In this document: one piece after another, positions 12,852 to 25,216 of the stretch | Numbering within the stretch: position 1 is the first letter of the stretch | How the letters are laid out: the number at the start of each line of letters is the position of its first letter | Source: Kondoa subrosea | Lineage: Eukaryota | Assembly: GCA_039545335.1 (NCBI GenBank) | Contig: BCIN01000001.1 | Span: 1,100,604 to 1,164,603, forward strand | Direction: 5' to 3' | Length of the DNA: 64,000 nucleotides | Program-made: the position numbers and the translations under genes | Notes under the pieces: generated by a model | What the model was told of the DNA's origin: nothing | Databases searched by the model: none | Seen by the model: only the letters and a program-made list of their open reading frames with translations

Positions 12852-14313
12852 TCACACAAACAACCTCTTGATAGCAGGCCAGATACCTTCACCTTCTACG
12901 GTACTGTCATTTTCTGCTATGCCATACTTGTTTTTCCTCTTCTTTTGTCCAGGTTGAGAAGGTCTTACTCCATTCCGATGATCTTCCACTCTCTTTTCCA
13001 AAGCAGCCTTGATCAAAGGCGAGCATTCAGCGTAACAATCGTCCAATTCTTTCTGCAAGACATAAGGTGGTCTTCGAGTGATGTAAGGTGCTATACCGTT
13101 GTACAAGCGAAGTTGATCATTGATCGCTTTGAGTGAGGCTTCGTGATAAGATTGCTCTCTGCTTTCCCATTCTTGATCACGAAAAGAAGAGGAAGAGCGA
13201 GAGATGTAAGAAGGGGTAAGATGCGAAAGTCCATCCAAGGTGATCATTCGAACTGCTCGTCGGATCCAAGAATCGCGCAAGGTATTTCTGAAAGCGTCGA
13301 TAGAACCGTCAAGCTCTATTTCATGACAAATTGAGGACGCAGCACAACGAGAAGACGATGTTGACTTACGGCCTTGCAATTCTATCCAAGCTGGAGCCGC
13401 ACCTTGTTGCTTTACAATTCGATTCATAAGAAACTCAGTCTTGTCCAGATACGGATTGTCTTCATTGACATCTCTAACCATAGGTTTCCCTCTGCCTTTA
13501 ACCTGCTTGAATAATCCCGCTTGAATAGCCTCTTGTATCCTTTCCTCTACTAGACTTGACCATCCAGCCAGCGAGCCAGGCATAGGACGACGACCTTGAC
13601 CTCCTTGATTGTACTTATCCGCCTTTCCAGATTGATCCGATTCGGCATATTCGAGGATAGCTTCACGAGCGTTGACGAGTCTCTGAGCTTTCGTAGGCTT
13701 TCTTGCGGACGAAGGTTTGACTGTCCCATAACGTACTGAGGGATGACCGAGATGATGCGAAGGCGACACATAGACTGCTTCCCAAGGTAAAGGATATCGT
13801 TTAGGTGTCTCTGCTGAGGTTGGATGAGCAGCTTGAGCTACAATAGTTGGAGTGCTATCGTCTGATGGAAGAGCGCGGCTTGTAGGCTGCTGAATTTGCT
13901 TCTTCCAACCTGGAACTCGCATAGGTGCTTTTTGACTGGATCATTACGACTTCAGCAATTAGCATGATTCCAGGTGCCATAGCTCACCTATCTACTAGCA
14001 TGCGAAGAACACTGTCTTTGATGCTTTCATCTCCATCCCAAGGCTTGTCTGATTTGGGTTGAGCTGCAGCTTTCAGAATCGCATTCTCTATTTCTTCCTC
14101 TTGCTCTGCCAGATCCCACAGGTAGGCTGGAGCACTCTTCGATCTTGCTGTTGCTGTTGCTGTTCCAGCTCCATGCTCTTCATCTTGCCTCGAGCCTTCC
14201 GTGGCAATTGCTGCTTCTGACTGATCGCGAAGACATCGACAGCTCTTGCTTAGGTATCTACGCGATGATATACATTGTCTATGGGTATTGACTAACACAG
14301 ACTGCAATCGCAT
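12852..14313 (-). CDS. DUF1992 (DNAJC28-like domain) protein, probable mitochondrial presequence
   Basis: WDGDESIKDSVLRMLVD, LVEERIQEAIQAGLF..VKGRGKP, EFLMNRIV..QGAAPAWIE. Arg/Ser-rich N-terminus. Confidence 0.8.
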
Positions 14314-14389
14314 GAGTTGAGTCGTGCTCAGCAGAAAAGGACACAACTTGTCTTGTGACTGTGACAGTCTCGAGATCAAATCTGGGTGG

Positions 14390-15582
14390 TCTGCTGTGTC
14401 TGTATACCCTGTTGGCTGCTCTATACCACACAAGCAGTGCTATTTCCGCAGTGACTCAGGCCTGCGCATGACTATGACAATCGTTTTATGGAAGTCAGCT
14501 CAAGGGAAGCTCTACCTTTGCTTCACTGGCTTCTGCACCTATCTATCACTGTCATACGACGCTTGGATACACACTACTGCTGCAATCGGGCTNNNNNNNN
14601 NNNNNNNNNNNNNNNNNNNNNNNNNNNNNNNNNNNNNNNNNNNNNNNNNNNNNNNNNNNNNNNNNNNNNNNNNNNNNNNNNNNNNNNNNNNNNNNNNNNN
14701 NNNNNNNNNNNNNNNNNNNNNNNNNNNNNNNNNNNNNNNNNNNNNNNNNNNNNNNNNNNNNNNNNNNNNNNNNNNNNNNNNNNNNNNNNNNNNNNNNNNN
14801 NNNNNNNNNNNNNNNNNNNNNNNNNNNNNNNNNNNNNNNNNNNNNNNNNNNNNNNNNNNNNNNNNNNNNNNNNNNNNNNNNNNNNNNNNNNNNNNNNNNN
14901 NNNNNNNNNNNNNNNNNNNNNNNNNNNNNNNNNNNNNNNNNNNNNNNNNNNNNNNNNNNNNNNNNNNNNNNNNNNNNNNNNNNNNNNNNNNNNNNNNNNN
15001 NNNNNNNNNNNNNNNNNNNNNNNNNNNNNNNNNNNNNNNNNNNNNNNNNNNNNNNNNNNNNNNNNNNNNNNNNNNNNNNNNNNNNNNNNNNNNNNNNNNN
15101 NNNNNNNNNNNNNNNNNNNNNNNNNNNNNNNNNNNNNNNNNNNNNNNNNNNNNNNNNNNNNNNNNNNNNNNNNNNNNNNNNNNNNNNNNNNNNNNNNNNN
15201 NNNNNNNNNNNNNNNNNNNNNNNNNNNNNNNNNNNNNNNNNNNNNNNNNNNNNNNNNNNNNNNNNNNNNNNNNNNNNNNNNNNNNNNNNNNNNNNNNNNN
15301 NNNNNNNNNNNNNNNNNNNNNNNNNNNNNNNNNNNNNNNNNNNNNNNNNNNNNNNNNNNNNNNNNNNNNNNNNNNNNNNNNNNNNNNNNNNNNNNNNNNN
15401 NNNNNNNNNNNNNNNNNNNNNNNNNNNNNNNNNNNNNNNNNNGGCATATCATTATATATTTTTGGAGAAGAAGGATTCTGCAATCATTTTCCAGATGAGT
15501 CGACCTCCACTCACTTCGCTTGAAGACTTCAACTGGTAGAGGAAAAGATGCAATAGGATTTAACGGTCGATTAGTTCTCGAT
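14390..15582. repeat. Copy A of the dispersed non-coding element (partial, spans the gap)
   Basis: 14390-14592 aligns with 16607-16820 and with the reverse complement of ~45035-45240. 15443-15537 is identical to 17369-17463, with diverged homology on to ~15582/17506. Confidence 0.9.
14593..15442. other. Assembly gap (850 N)
   Basis: Run of N. Confidence 1.
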
Positions 15583-15680
15583 GCTGCGCACCTCTGCTAT
15601 GCAAAACATACAATTCACTCGTAATGCCGCACATTCAGATGGAAACAAGGATCTCGGTGCATCTTTTTTGGTATTAGACT

Positions 15681-16085
15681 TGCTGTTGAGGGCTTGAATA
15701 TCGGTCAAGCTTCAACTTCCGGCAGATCAAACAAGAAGGCTAAAGGCATCAACGGTCAAGCTGTTGCCTTCAAAGCTGGTCGATTACCCAGGAGTGATAG
15801 TGTTGTGGCTGGTCTGGGTGATGAAGAGGTCAGTACACGTTCTTATATCCTGTCAATACTAATTTGTATATTTTCGTTCTAAGTAAGAAAGCTGTTAAGA
15901 TACATCGCTGTGTGCAGCGTGAGTGAAGTCAATAGACTTGCTGTACCTTCTGAGTTCGACAGACAGACAGACCAAGTCTAAAAGTCAAAGCGGCTCGCAC
16001 ATGGTCTTGATCGTTCATTGACAGCGCTGACAGTTCTGGGCAATCCGCCGAAAAGAGAGGCAAAGTAGGCACTCGCGCGCGATGA
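15681..16085 (+). pseudogene. NOG1: Degenerate duplicate of the NOG1 3' end, with both terminal introns retained
   Basis: Translates ..[35 protein letters not shown] versus NOG1 ..[35 protein letters not shown] (46020-46165). Later exons are frameshifted and there is no 5' part. Confidence 0.9.
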
Positions 16086-17222
16086 CCTCGTTAATATCTC
16101 GAATGCATCAGTGCCTTGTCGTCTGTATGCGGTTCTTATCAATCATTACTCTCCCTTTCTGGCTTTTGGCATTTCAGACTCAGCTCTGAGGTCTATTCCA
16201 TACAATCCTGCCACTCTATGTTTTACATCTCTTCTACCTCTTCCCTGACTTGTATCTCAATCGTCTATGTTATACAGTTCAAGGGCTGGACAATTGTATC
16301 ATCTATCCCTCTCCTCTACGAAACTCTTCACGACTAACGGGTCAGCTATTGAAGTCTCTCTGTCACAAGGAAGCTACTACTTCTGAATGACAGTCCAAAG
16401 ACCTTGCTGTCAGACTTTCGATTCTGGAGTGCTGCAGGAAGTCAGGTGAGACGAATACCGGAGAACGCGAATCCAACAGATGACAGAGGCGGTCTTGATG
16501 TAACATCGTAGCCTTGTACTAGTCCGAAGAGGCGAAATGTATCTGAACAGTAATGCCTTGACTTGCTTGACTCCAGACTGCGACTTTGTGGAAACCGAAC
16601 TTCGGTAGCCTGCTGGATCTGTGTATCATGTATGCTGCTGCTGCTGCTATATGCCACCGCAAGGAGTTCTACTTCGCAGCACCTCACGCCTGCGCATGAC
16701 TTTGACGGTCGTTTTATGGAAGTTGGCTCAAGGGAAGCTCTACCTTTGCTTCACTGGCTTCTGCACCTATCTATCACTGTCATACGACGCTTGGATACAC
16801 ACTACTGCTGCAATCGGGCTGACTGAGCAGTATTATCCAACTACGAGTATCAGAATCTAGACCAGCTTGCAAAGCCTTTCAAGATCCTTTTTGGACGCTG
16901 TACCATTGAGAAATATGTGGATAGCTTATAGCACTCATGCATACACGCTTTGGATCGCAAGAAATTCACACAGCGATTGTCATGCACCTGATTTCGCTCT
17001 CATGGCCTGCAATTGCCTTCAAGCAAAGGACTTGAGCGGAAGATGGCGGGATTGAAGAAGCGTCCGTCTCCGCAGTGGCGAGCCTTGAAAGCGAACAAAA
17101 CCCGCCTTGCACCTTCTCTTCCCTCTTGATCACCATCCGATCACTTCGATCTTACACTACCGCTTTGACAACGTACAAATGTGCCATCAGCATACTCTCA
17201 CCTGGTTCACCCTTGAATGCAA

Positions 17223-17378
17223 GGATGTCTCCGGTCCAGGAGGACTGATCTCTTGCTTGCATACCTTGTCGCTTCTTCCCTCGGGATCTCGGTGCAACTG
17301 ACATGCAATCACAGAAGAGATCTGTCCTCTGTCGAGTAGAGACTTGCTCGTCAAGCTTTCACCCGATCGGCATATCAT
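17223..17378 (-). ncRNA. Candidate structured RNA unit 3 (three-way junction)
   Basis: Minus strand reads GAAAGCTTGACGAGCAAGTCTCT, then a long stem enclosing CACCGAGATCCCGAGGGAAG. Same layout as the units at 44373 and 44526. Confidence 0.55.
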
Positions 17379-18092
17379 TATATATTTTTGGAGAAGAAGG
17401 ATTCTGCAATCATTTTCCAGATGAGTCGACCTCCACTCACTTCGCTTGAAGACTTCAACTGGTTCAGCCAAAGATGCAACAGGATCTACCGATCAAATAC
17501 TTCTCAATCAGATATCTGTGGAGTTTCTTACTTTAGGATGGTCCTTCTCGAGTATTTGCCTTTACATAAGTGGGTCTCTTGCTTATCTCCTGGTCATCTC
17601 TGCTATTTGGAACGATGGTCTTTGTGAGCAATAGCTAGCAAGAAGTTCATCAACTAGCAATGATCGTTCGCAAGTAATACGCTGCAAAGTCATCCGAAGG
17701 AAGTACCTGATGGCGTATAGTATGGATTTTCAATATGTGTAGCATCGAGTCAAAGTACATGCTCAAAGTACATGCTCCAAATTTGTACTACCGCTTGATC
17801 TTCGTTGGCAGATCTGCTTCCAGTTTCAATTTCGCGAAGCTCTCTTTCGCCAAAAAGTTGCAACAATACCTTAAACTGACACTGATATACCTGCTGTGTT
17901 CGCAACAATGACACGTCGGCGGTGCGTTCCAGCCATCTGGCAGCTGTCATTTCAAGAAAGACCAACCTCGCCTACTCGTGAATTCCCGATTTCCCTTCGC
18001 TTCCTATAACCAAGAGCAAGTTCCTTTCATCAAATACTTGCTCACCTCTCGTTATTCTACACCACTATAGACATATCGATTGCATTCTTCCT

Positions 18093-19442
18093 ATGGCTTC
18101 AAGCAGTCGCTTCAACAGCAATACTTTGAGCCTTCGCGCTTCTGCACGTAAACTATTCGATAAAGAAGTGAAGAAAGGACTCAAGAGATCCTCATTGCCT
18201 TGTCAAGATGTCATTGTTCGTTGATGTGATTCTGTGCGATTACATCTATACTAATTTCGAATTTGAAGGTTGGAGCCGAAGTAGCAGCTATCATCAAACA
18301 AGTCTTACTTGGTGGCAGAGGTTTATCCCTAAGGATTAAGAGAAATTCAGAAGTCATGACTTGGATGTCTGCCAACTTCAGTAAGTGACGGGGTTTCGAC
18401 GACTCTTCAGGTATTCTAACGCCTATGAGTAGCGGTGGAGGAAGACGGAAAAGGTCAACAACATCTTCTGAGCCTTAACAAGCCCGTTCTGGTCGCTTCT
18501 TTTGCTTTCCACGCTATAAACCAAGCTCATTTGGTTGGAACTCGACATCTAAATGCTGAAGAAACGCTCAAGGCTGTTGCTAAAAAGTATTCACGCGTAC
18601 ACCCTGAAATCATTTCATTATTCTTGTCAAAATGCCAGACTTGTGGTGCAACTTCGCAAACTTCGCAATTGAACACTCTTCTCTCTTCTGTTGTGGGGAT
18701 TCAAGCACTTCTTGACTTCAAGATGGTCTATACTTCTGCTTCAGTCCGATCTGCTTCGATCCAAACTCGTTCTTCTGAGATTTTGGCGACTTCTTCTTCC
18801 TCTTCTTCTCAGGCTCCAGTGAGAAAACCTCTGATTTCCACAAAGCAATCTCTTCAAGCATCACGTTTAAGAAATGTACCTAGTTCTGCCGAAGAGGTTA
18901 AGGTTCATGAAGAGCCCGAATTGGAGGAGGGCGAAATTCAAGAAGAGGTTGAACAGGTAGCTGCGACAGAGGTTGGCTCTATGGCGGAAGTGCTTTCTGA
19001 AAACGGCGCAAACTTCGAAGTGGATAAAAAAGCTGTTGTGGGACCGAGTTCAAGCACTATTGCAGAAATTCCGTTGGCAAAAGTAGCTTTCTTTACAACT
19101 CAGAAGGACAATCAAGCACACAGTCAAGCTACTCAGTCACTTTACTCAACTGCAGTCACTCGACGAGACTGGAAGACTATGGACCATGAGCTTTTGGCGG
19201 CAGTTGCATAGGATGCTGCAAGAAATGGCGATGCTTTCGTGAGTAATTGCTACCTATTTCCAGCATTAGCTTACTTCTACCAAGCAGGTCGTCAGCTCCG
19301 GCGTCGCTCAATCCCCAACCAAGAGAAGACGGGATACAGATGGCACAGCTGTAACATCGGGCGAGCTAAGAACAGTCCGTTGTTGTATTTTTCAGATGCA
19401 TGTGCTGGCTGACTTGATGAATTAGATCGCTTCGTCAGATGA
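18093..19442 (+). CDS. Integrase zinc-binding (H2C2) domain protein; in-frame TAG at 19209-19211
   Basis: AH....HLNAEET...V..KY..V....I..FL.KCQTC matches the HHCC integrase zinc-finger spacing. Canonical-looking introns. No DDE core or LTR seen. Confidence 0.65.
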
Positions 19443-19645
19443 TGGAGTTGAAGATATCTTCCGCATCGCCAAAAGAGCGAGGCTCGAATAGGAGTGTTTA
19501 TTAGCATGGTGTGGAAGGGAGTCTCTGTCGCTATTTCGTTTCGTTCTTTTTTATGTCATATCAGTAGTCAGTAGTTGAGCTTCTGTATTCCGCTTTAGTT
19601 CAGATCTAGCATGCATTTCTGTGTTCTATGTAGCCTTGGCTGCTG

Positions 19646-20965
19646 CTACTTTACATTGACAACGACTGTATGCCAAGCTTCGTAAGTTTGACCCTTTCTC
19701 AACACTGTGTCATCGCCTCTATTCGCTTCAATCAATCTCTCATGCAAGCAACAGCCCACAGGCGCTAAAATATCTATCAGCTTGCTCTTTGCAACGTATA
19801 CAGGAGCTTACCATGAAACTCCAAGAAAAGACACCCATGCTTCGGATATCCCTCACTACTGTTCTTTGGGTTGTGTAACCTTTTCCTCGTCCCATCATCC
19901 AAAGCGAAATGTTCAGCAGTATAAAGCATGAGTGAAGATTGATCAGAAGTGAAAGAAAGTGAGATAGGTGATCGAGGGTGACTAAGATGAATAACTTCTT
20001 TGCTGCTTTCTTGACGAGGTCGATCGAAAATGAGGTTATCGTCTGTCAATACAATTAGAAGAGCTGATGTAATGTAGATAAATCAGACTTACCAACTCCC
20101 TTTTCAAGGAATTTAGCTAAAGAAGTAGAAGATGTGAAATCCAAAGGTTTGGGAGCAGTCTTGACATTGATGATATTTCCAGTTGCTAAAGAAGTCTTCT
20201 GGTCTAGCTCGACTGCACGAGAGGCATGCACAATAATCTTATGTTCTGAAATATCCTCTTCTCCCTGACCATCAAATGGATTGAGAGTCCAGCCTGTATG
20301 CTGAGTGAGATTGATAGGTGTTCCTTCTCCATCTTTTGTTGATGCTCTATAGGCGAAAGTGACTTTCTCCTGCTTGACTTGGATGAGGACTTCGATATAT
20401 AGGTGAGACGGAAAGCCTTGATCTCCATCAGGCGAATCAAGGAAGAAGATTGCTAGATACGTCTGTTCAGCGGCATATAGAAGCTAGTATATGAAGCATA
20501 CCTTCTTGATCTGCAGGTGGAAAAACAGAATCTCTCTTGCCAAACAATTTAGCTTCGTTGCGCCCAATTATACTCCATTCTCTCAAGTCAAATCCTTCTG
20601 GACCACCATGTAACGATACCTCAGGGCTTTCGTTGGCACCCGGGTTGACCTTCAAGCCTTGAATTGTAGTCTCTCCAACAGGCAATCGATTTGCGTCTGA
20701 GTATTAAGATCAGCTAAGCATTTCCAAACCAGGAGAGAATCGGTTTACAGCGGCCTATAATTGTGTTGCGGAAAGAACGTCCTTCTTTCAGGTAGAGTTC
20801 TGGATCTTCTGGTCCAACAACTAAATCGGAAACCTTCTTGCCTTCACCAGAACCAACTAAGAAACGATGTAGATGAAGACCATAAGGGATCATATGCACT
20901 TCGATCAAGTCCGATTTGAGAATGACAGGCTTGAAAGCAGCTTCCGTGAATGTCTGGGAAGTCAT
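19646..20965 (-). CDS. Aldose 1-epimerase / galactose mutarotase-like protein
   Basis: DLVVG, IIGR|YANRL, SLHGGPEGFD..W, GCLFLEFH and LRKGQTY motifs across spliced exons. Confidence 0.8.
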
Positions 20966-21185
20966 GCGGACTGAATAGGGCAGAGCAGTAGAGCGAGGAT
21001 AGGAAGAATAAGAACTGTAAAGCGAGAAACCGATAGTAGAACAGATGAAAACAAGACAGAAGTCAAAGAGACTATTTCGCATACACACGGCTGAATGCTG
21101 ACGAGTTCGTCGAGATTTCGCGATGAGGCTCATTTCTTTCTCCAACAGTGATCTTGCTTACACACAACGCTTTGCAAGTCGTTCT

Positions 21186-24100
21186 ATGGTAGCACGCATC
21201 TCCAGCAAGGCCAGCAGAGCGCCAACCTACTCGCTCAAAGCCCTTCAAGCGGCCTATGCCTCGACTGCAACTTCATCAAGCTCTTTGCAATCGAACATCG
21301 CCACTGCTGCTCGTCCGCGATCCTTCGCTGTCTCTGTACCTTCACCAAAGCATGCAGCTGCACGAAGCTTGAGCTCTTCCAGCAAAGTGAACGCTTTCCA
21401 ATCCACTTCCACTGTCTTGTATCCTCGATGGGTTAACAAGGAAGATCATAAGCCAGGTCAAGAGCCTGCCAAAGAATCTTCAACACCTTCTCCACCTGCT
21501 AAGAAGCCTCCTACTTCACAGCCTGATCTTATATCGGAAGCAGACAAGAAACCTTCAACCTTGTCTAGTTCCACTTCTAGCTCTAGCTCAGGTTCGAGCA
21601 GTAGTGTGCCTCCAGCCGCTTCAGGAGCTTCAGGAGGTGATGATGGCTCAAATGGCGATGGCAAAGGCAGCAAGTCTGGCCCTACGACGACAGATGTGGC
21701 AAAGCAAACCATTCCTGAATTCTACCCTCAAGTTCTGGCTTTACCAATCACTCGAAGACCCCTCTTTCCTGGATTTTACAAGGCTGTTGTTATAAGAGAC
21801 AAAGCTGTAGTTGCTGCAATCAAGGAAATGCTCAAGCGAGGTCAACCATATTTAGGCGCTTTCTTGCTCAAGAATGATGATTCAGAAACCGATGTAATCA
21901 CGGATATCGATAGCGTTCATCCTGTCGGTGTTTTCGCTCAGATTACCTCTACTTTCAACAACCCAAGTTCAAGTACAGGGAAAGACAAAGACAGCAAGGA
22001 TACTTCATCGGAAGGCGATCTGACTGTTGTGCTATATCCTCACCGACGTATTAAGATCACCGACTTATTGCCTCCTTCGGCTAAAGCCCAAAACCAACCT
22101 TTGCATGACATTCAAGCTGTAGCGGAAAGCGAAGGCATTGTTCCACCAGCTCCTTCCTCACCTCCTCCAGCATACTCTTCTTCTGACTCTTCCACTCCAG
22201 TCACATCCACAGAAGAATCCGATTCTGTCACTTCTTTCGAACCTGAATCCACCTCACCCGAATCAACAATCGAACCCAAATCTGAATCTTCCGAACCTCA
22301 TCAACCTTATCAAACCTCTTTCTTACAAGACTACGCTGTCTCTCGAGTCAACGTAGAAAACCTTGTTACTTTACCATACAAGAAGGGCGTGGACAACTCA
22401 ATCATTCGAGCTGTTTCTTCTGAAATCATTTCCGTTTTCAAAGATATCGCTACCCTAAATCCATTGTTCCGAGATCAGATTGCCAATTTCTCAATGTCAC
22501 AAGGAGCTCACAACGTTTTTGAAGATCCTGAAAAGTTGGCAGATTTCTCAGCTGCTGTTTCAACAGGTGAACCAGCTGAATTACAAGATGTTTTGAACTC
22601 TTTAGTCATTGAAGAAAGGTTGCAGAAGAGTCTGTTGGTGTTAAAGAAAGAATTGATGAATGCTCAATTACAAAGCAAGATTTCAAGAGATGTAGAATCC
22701 AAGATTGCAAAAAGACAAAGAGAATATTATCTTATGGAACAACTGAAAGGTATCAAGAGGGAACTAGGGATGGAAAGTGATGGCAAAGATAAATTGGTTG
22801 AAAAGTTTATGGAGGCTGCTAAAACTCTCAACATGCCCGAAGCGGTCCGCAAAGTCTTTGATGAGGAGATCAATAAGTTGCAACATCTGGAACCGGCTGC
22901 AAGCGAATTCAATGTTACACGAAATTATCGTACGTGGATGTCTTGAATCTGTTCGATTGTCGACCTGATTCGAACGACTTGTACAGTTGATTGGATCACT
23001 CAGATACCTTGGGGAAGACACTCTGAAGAGAATTTCAGCTTAGGTCATGCTAGAACAGTTCTCGACGAGGATCACTTCGGGCTCAAGGATGTTAAGGTGA
23101 ATTAGACTTCTTGATCATTCATCGCCTTTAATTGACAAGGTACCTGCAGAACCGTATCATGGAGTTCTTGGCCGTAGGCAAGCTTCGTGGAACAGTTCAA
23201 GGCAAGATTCTATGCTTCGTCGGTCCGCCAGGTGTAGGCAAGACCAGTATCGGCAAATCGATTGCTCGAGCTCTCAACAGACAATTCTTCCGCTTCTCTG
23301 TTGGTGGTTTGGCAGATGTAGCAGAAATGAAAGGTCACCGCAGAACTTACGTTGGTGCTATGCCTGGCAAATTCATTCAAGCCCTCAAGAAAGTAGCGAC
23401 TGAGAACCCTTTGATCCTCATTGATGAAATCGACAAGCTTGGACGAGGTATCAATGGAGATCCAGGTAGTGCCTTACTGGAAGCACTTGATCCGGAGCAG
23501 AACCACGCATATCTTGATCACTATCTAGATGTAAGCTTCACACTTGCACCGTCTTTGCATTATCTGATTTTCGATTGCAGGTACCTGTGGATCTTTCTCG
23601 GGTTCTCTTTGTTTGCACAGCAAACTCTCTCGATACTATTCCAGCACCGTTACTTGATCGAATGGAAGTACTTGAAGTCAGCGGATATGTTTCGGAAGAG
23701 AAGCGAGCTATTGCATCCCGCTATGTACGTTACCTATATGCCGAGTGCTTCATGCCTTTCTGACAGCTCCGGTAGCTTGGCCCACAAGCGAAAGATGGTG
23801 CTGGCCTGAAAGAGGCTGATGTTTCGATAGCGGACGATGCTATTGATCAGCTCATCCGATATTACTGCCGAGAGTCGGGTGTGCGGCGGCTGAAGCAGCA
23901 GATCGAAAAGGTTTGCTTTCGTTTGGTGTCTGTTTACTTTGGCTTACGATGCTCGATATCTAGGTCTATCGCAAGGCTGCACTCAAGATAGTTGAAGACT
24001 TGGGCGAAGATGCTCTTCCAGAACCAAAATCGTCAGATCTGGCCACAGCATCAACAGATACAGCTGAAGTCAAAGAAACCGTCGTTACCAAGAATGATGG

Positions 24101-25039
24101 CGATCACAAAGTTGAGGAGTCTGGGCCACGACCAGAAGATATTCAGACAGTAGAAGAACCGAAACCGAAGTCAGCTGAACTGGCAGCCGAAGAACGAAAT
24201 ACAACCACGAAAGTCCGAAAACCCATCTCTGTGCCGTCCAGCGTCAGTGTCACAATTACCAAAGACAACCTTACCGATTATGTCGGACCACCAATATATC
24301 AACGCGATCGCATCTATACCAAGACCACACCGGCAGGTGTTTCTACTGGCCTTGGATATCTAGGCAATGGCTCAGGATCTTGTCTACCAATCGAAGTAAC
24401 AGTCATGCCTGGTTCTGGCATCACCTTGACGGGAAAGCTTGGCGAAGTAATCAAGGAGAGCGTGCAGATAGCAATGTCTTTCATGCGAACGCATGCTTTC
24501 ACCCTTGGCCTGGTACAAAAGGAAACCGATGATCTATTGAAGGACAAGGCAATACATTTGCATATGCCTGAAGGTGGAATTGGCAAAGAAGGTCCAAGTG
24601 CAGGCACTGCTATTCTGACTGCATTGGTCAGCTTGTTCTTGAAGAAAGGCATTAGCTCCGAGCTAGGTGAGCATTCAATTAGAAATGTGCAGCAAGGCTA
24701 ATATCTTCTCTAGCTATGACGGGCGAAATCACTCTTGCTGGTCAAGTGCTGGCTGTTGGTGGTGTGCAAGAAAAATTGCTAGCAGCACAAAGAGCCGGAA
24801 TCAAGACAGTCATTGTGCCGTCGGCGTGTCGCTCCGATATTGAACACAATGTATGTGCATGTCTAATTGTGCTGGGAATGCGCGCTGACTCGTATTGTTA
24901 GGTCTCTGCCTCAGTCAAAGAAGGCATGGAAATAGTATATGCCGAAGATGTACGAGACGTATTACGGACCGTCTTCGCCAACGAAGACATCGCATCAAGA
25001 CTAGATTCTCTGCCAGTGGCGTCTCAAATAGAGTCATGA
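21186..25039 (+). CDS. PIM1: Mitochondrial Lon protease
   Basis: Lon N domain ([17 protein letters not shown]), Walker [49 protein letters not shown]. An upstream in-frame ATG at 21123 is an alternative start. Confidence 0.97.
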
Positions 25040-25216
25040 CATCAAGTAGATAGCATAAACCAAATGTAAAATGATCAATTTGCAAACGTGTATCAATGCA
25101 TGGGTTGAAATGAAACCGACGTGTATCTGTGGTAACTTACAAGCCCGAAACTGAAATGAAATGCGACCGTAAACCCAAAATTTGAAAATAACCGTAAATC
25201 TTCTATGCCTCAGTCT

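Larger units (their letters stand above)
15681..17506. repeat. Copy B of the element, inverted relative to copy C (44373-46165)
   Basis: Collinear with the reverse complement of ~44750-46165 by eye, plus one structured unit at 17223-17378. Confidence 0.92.

Noticed and set aside
14324..15523. Long ORFs in the ORF track
   Set aside because: Artefacts of translating through the N gap.
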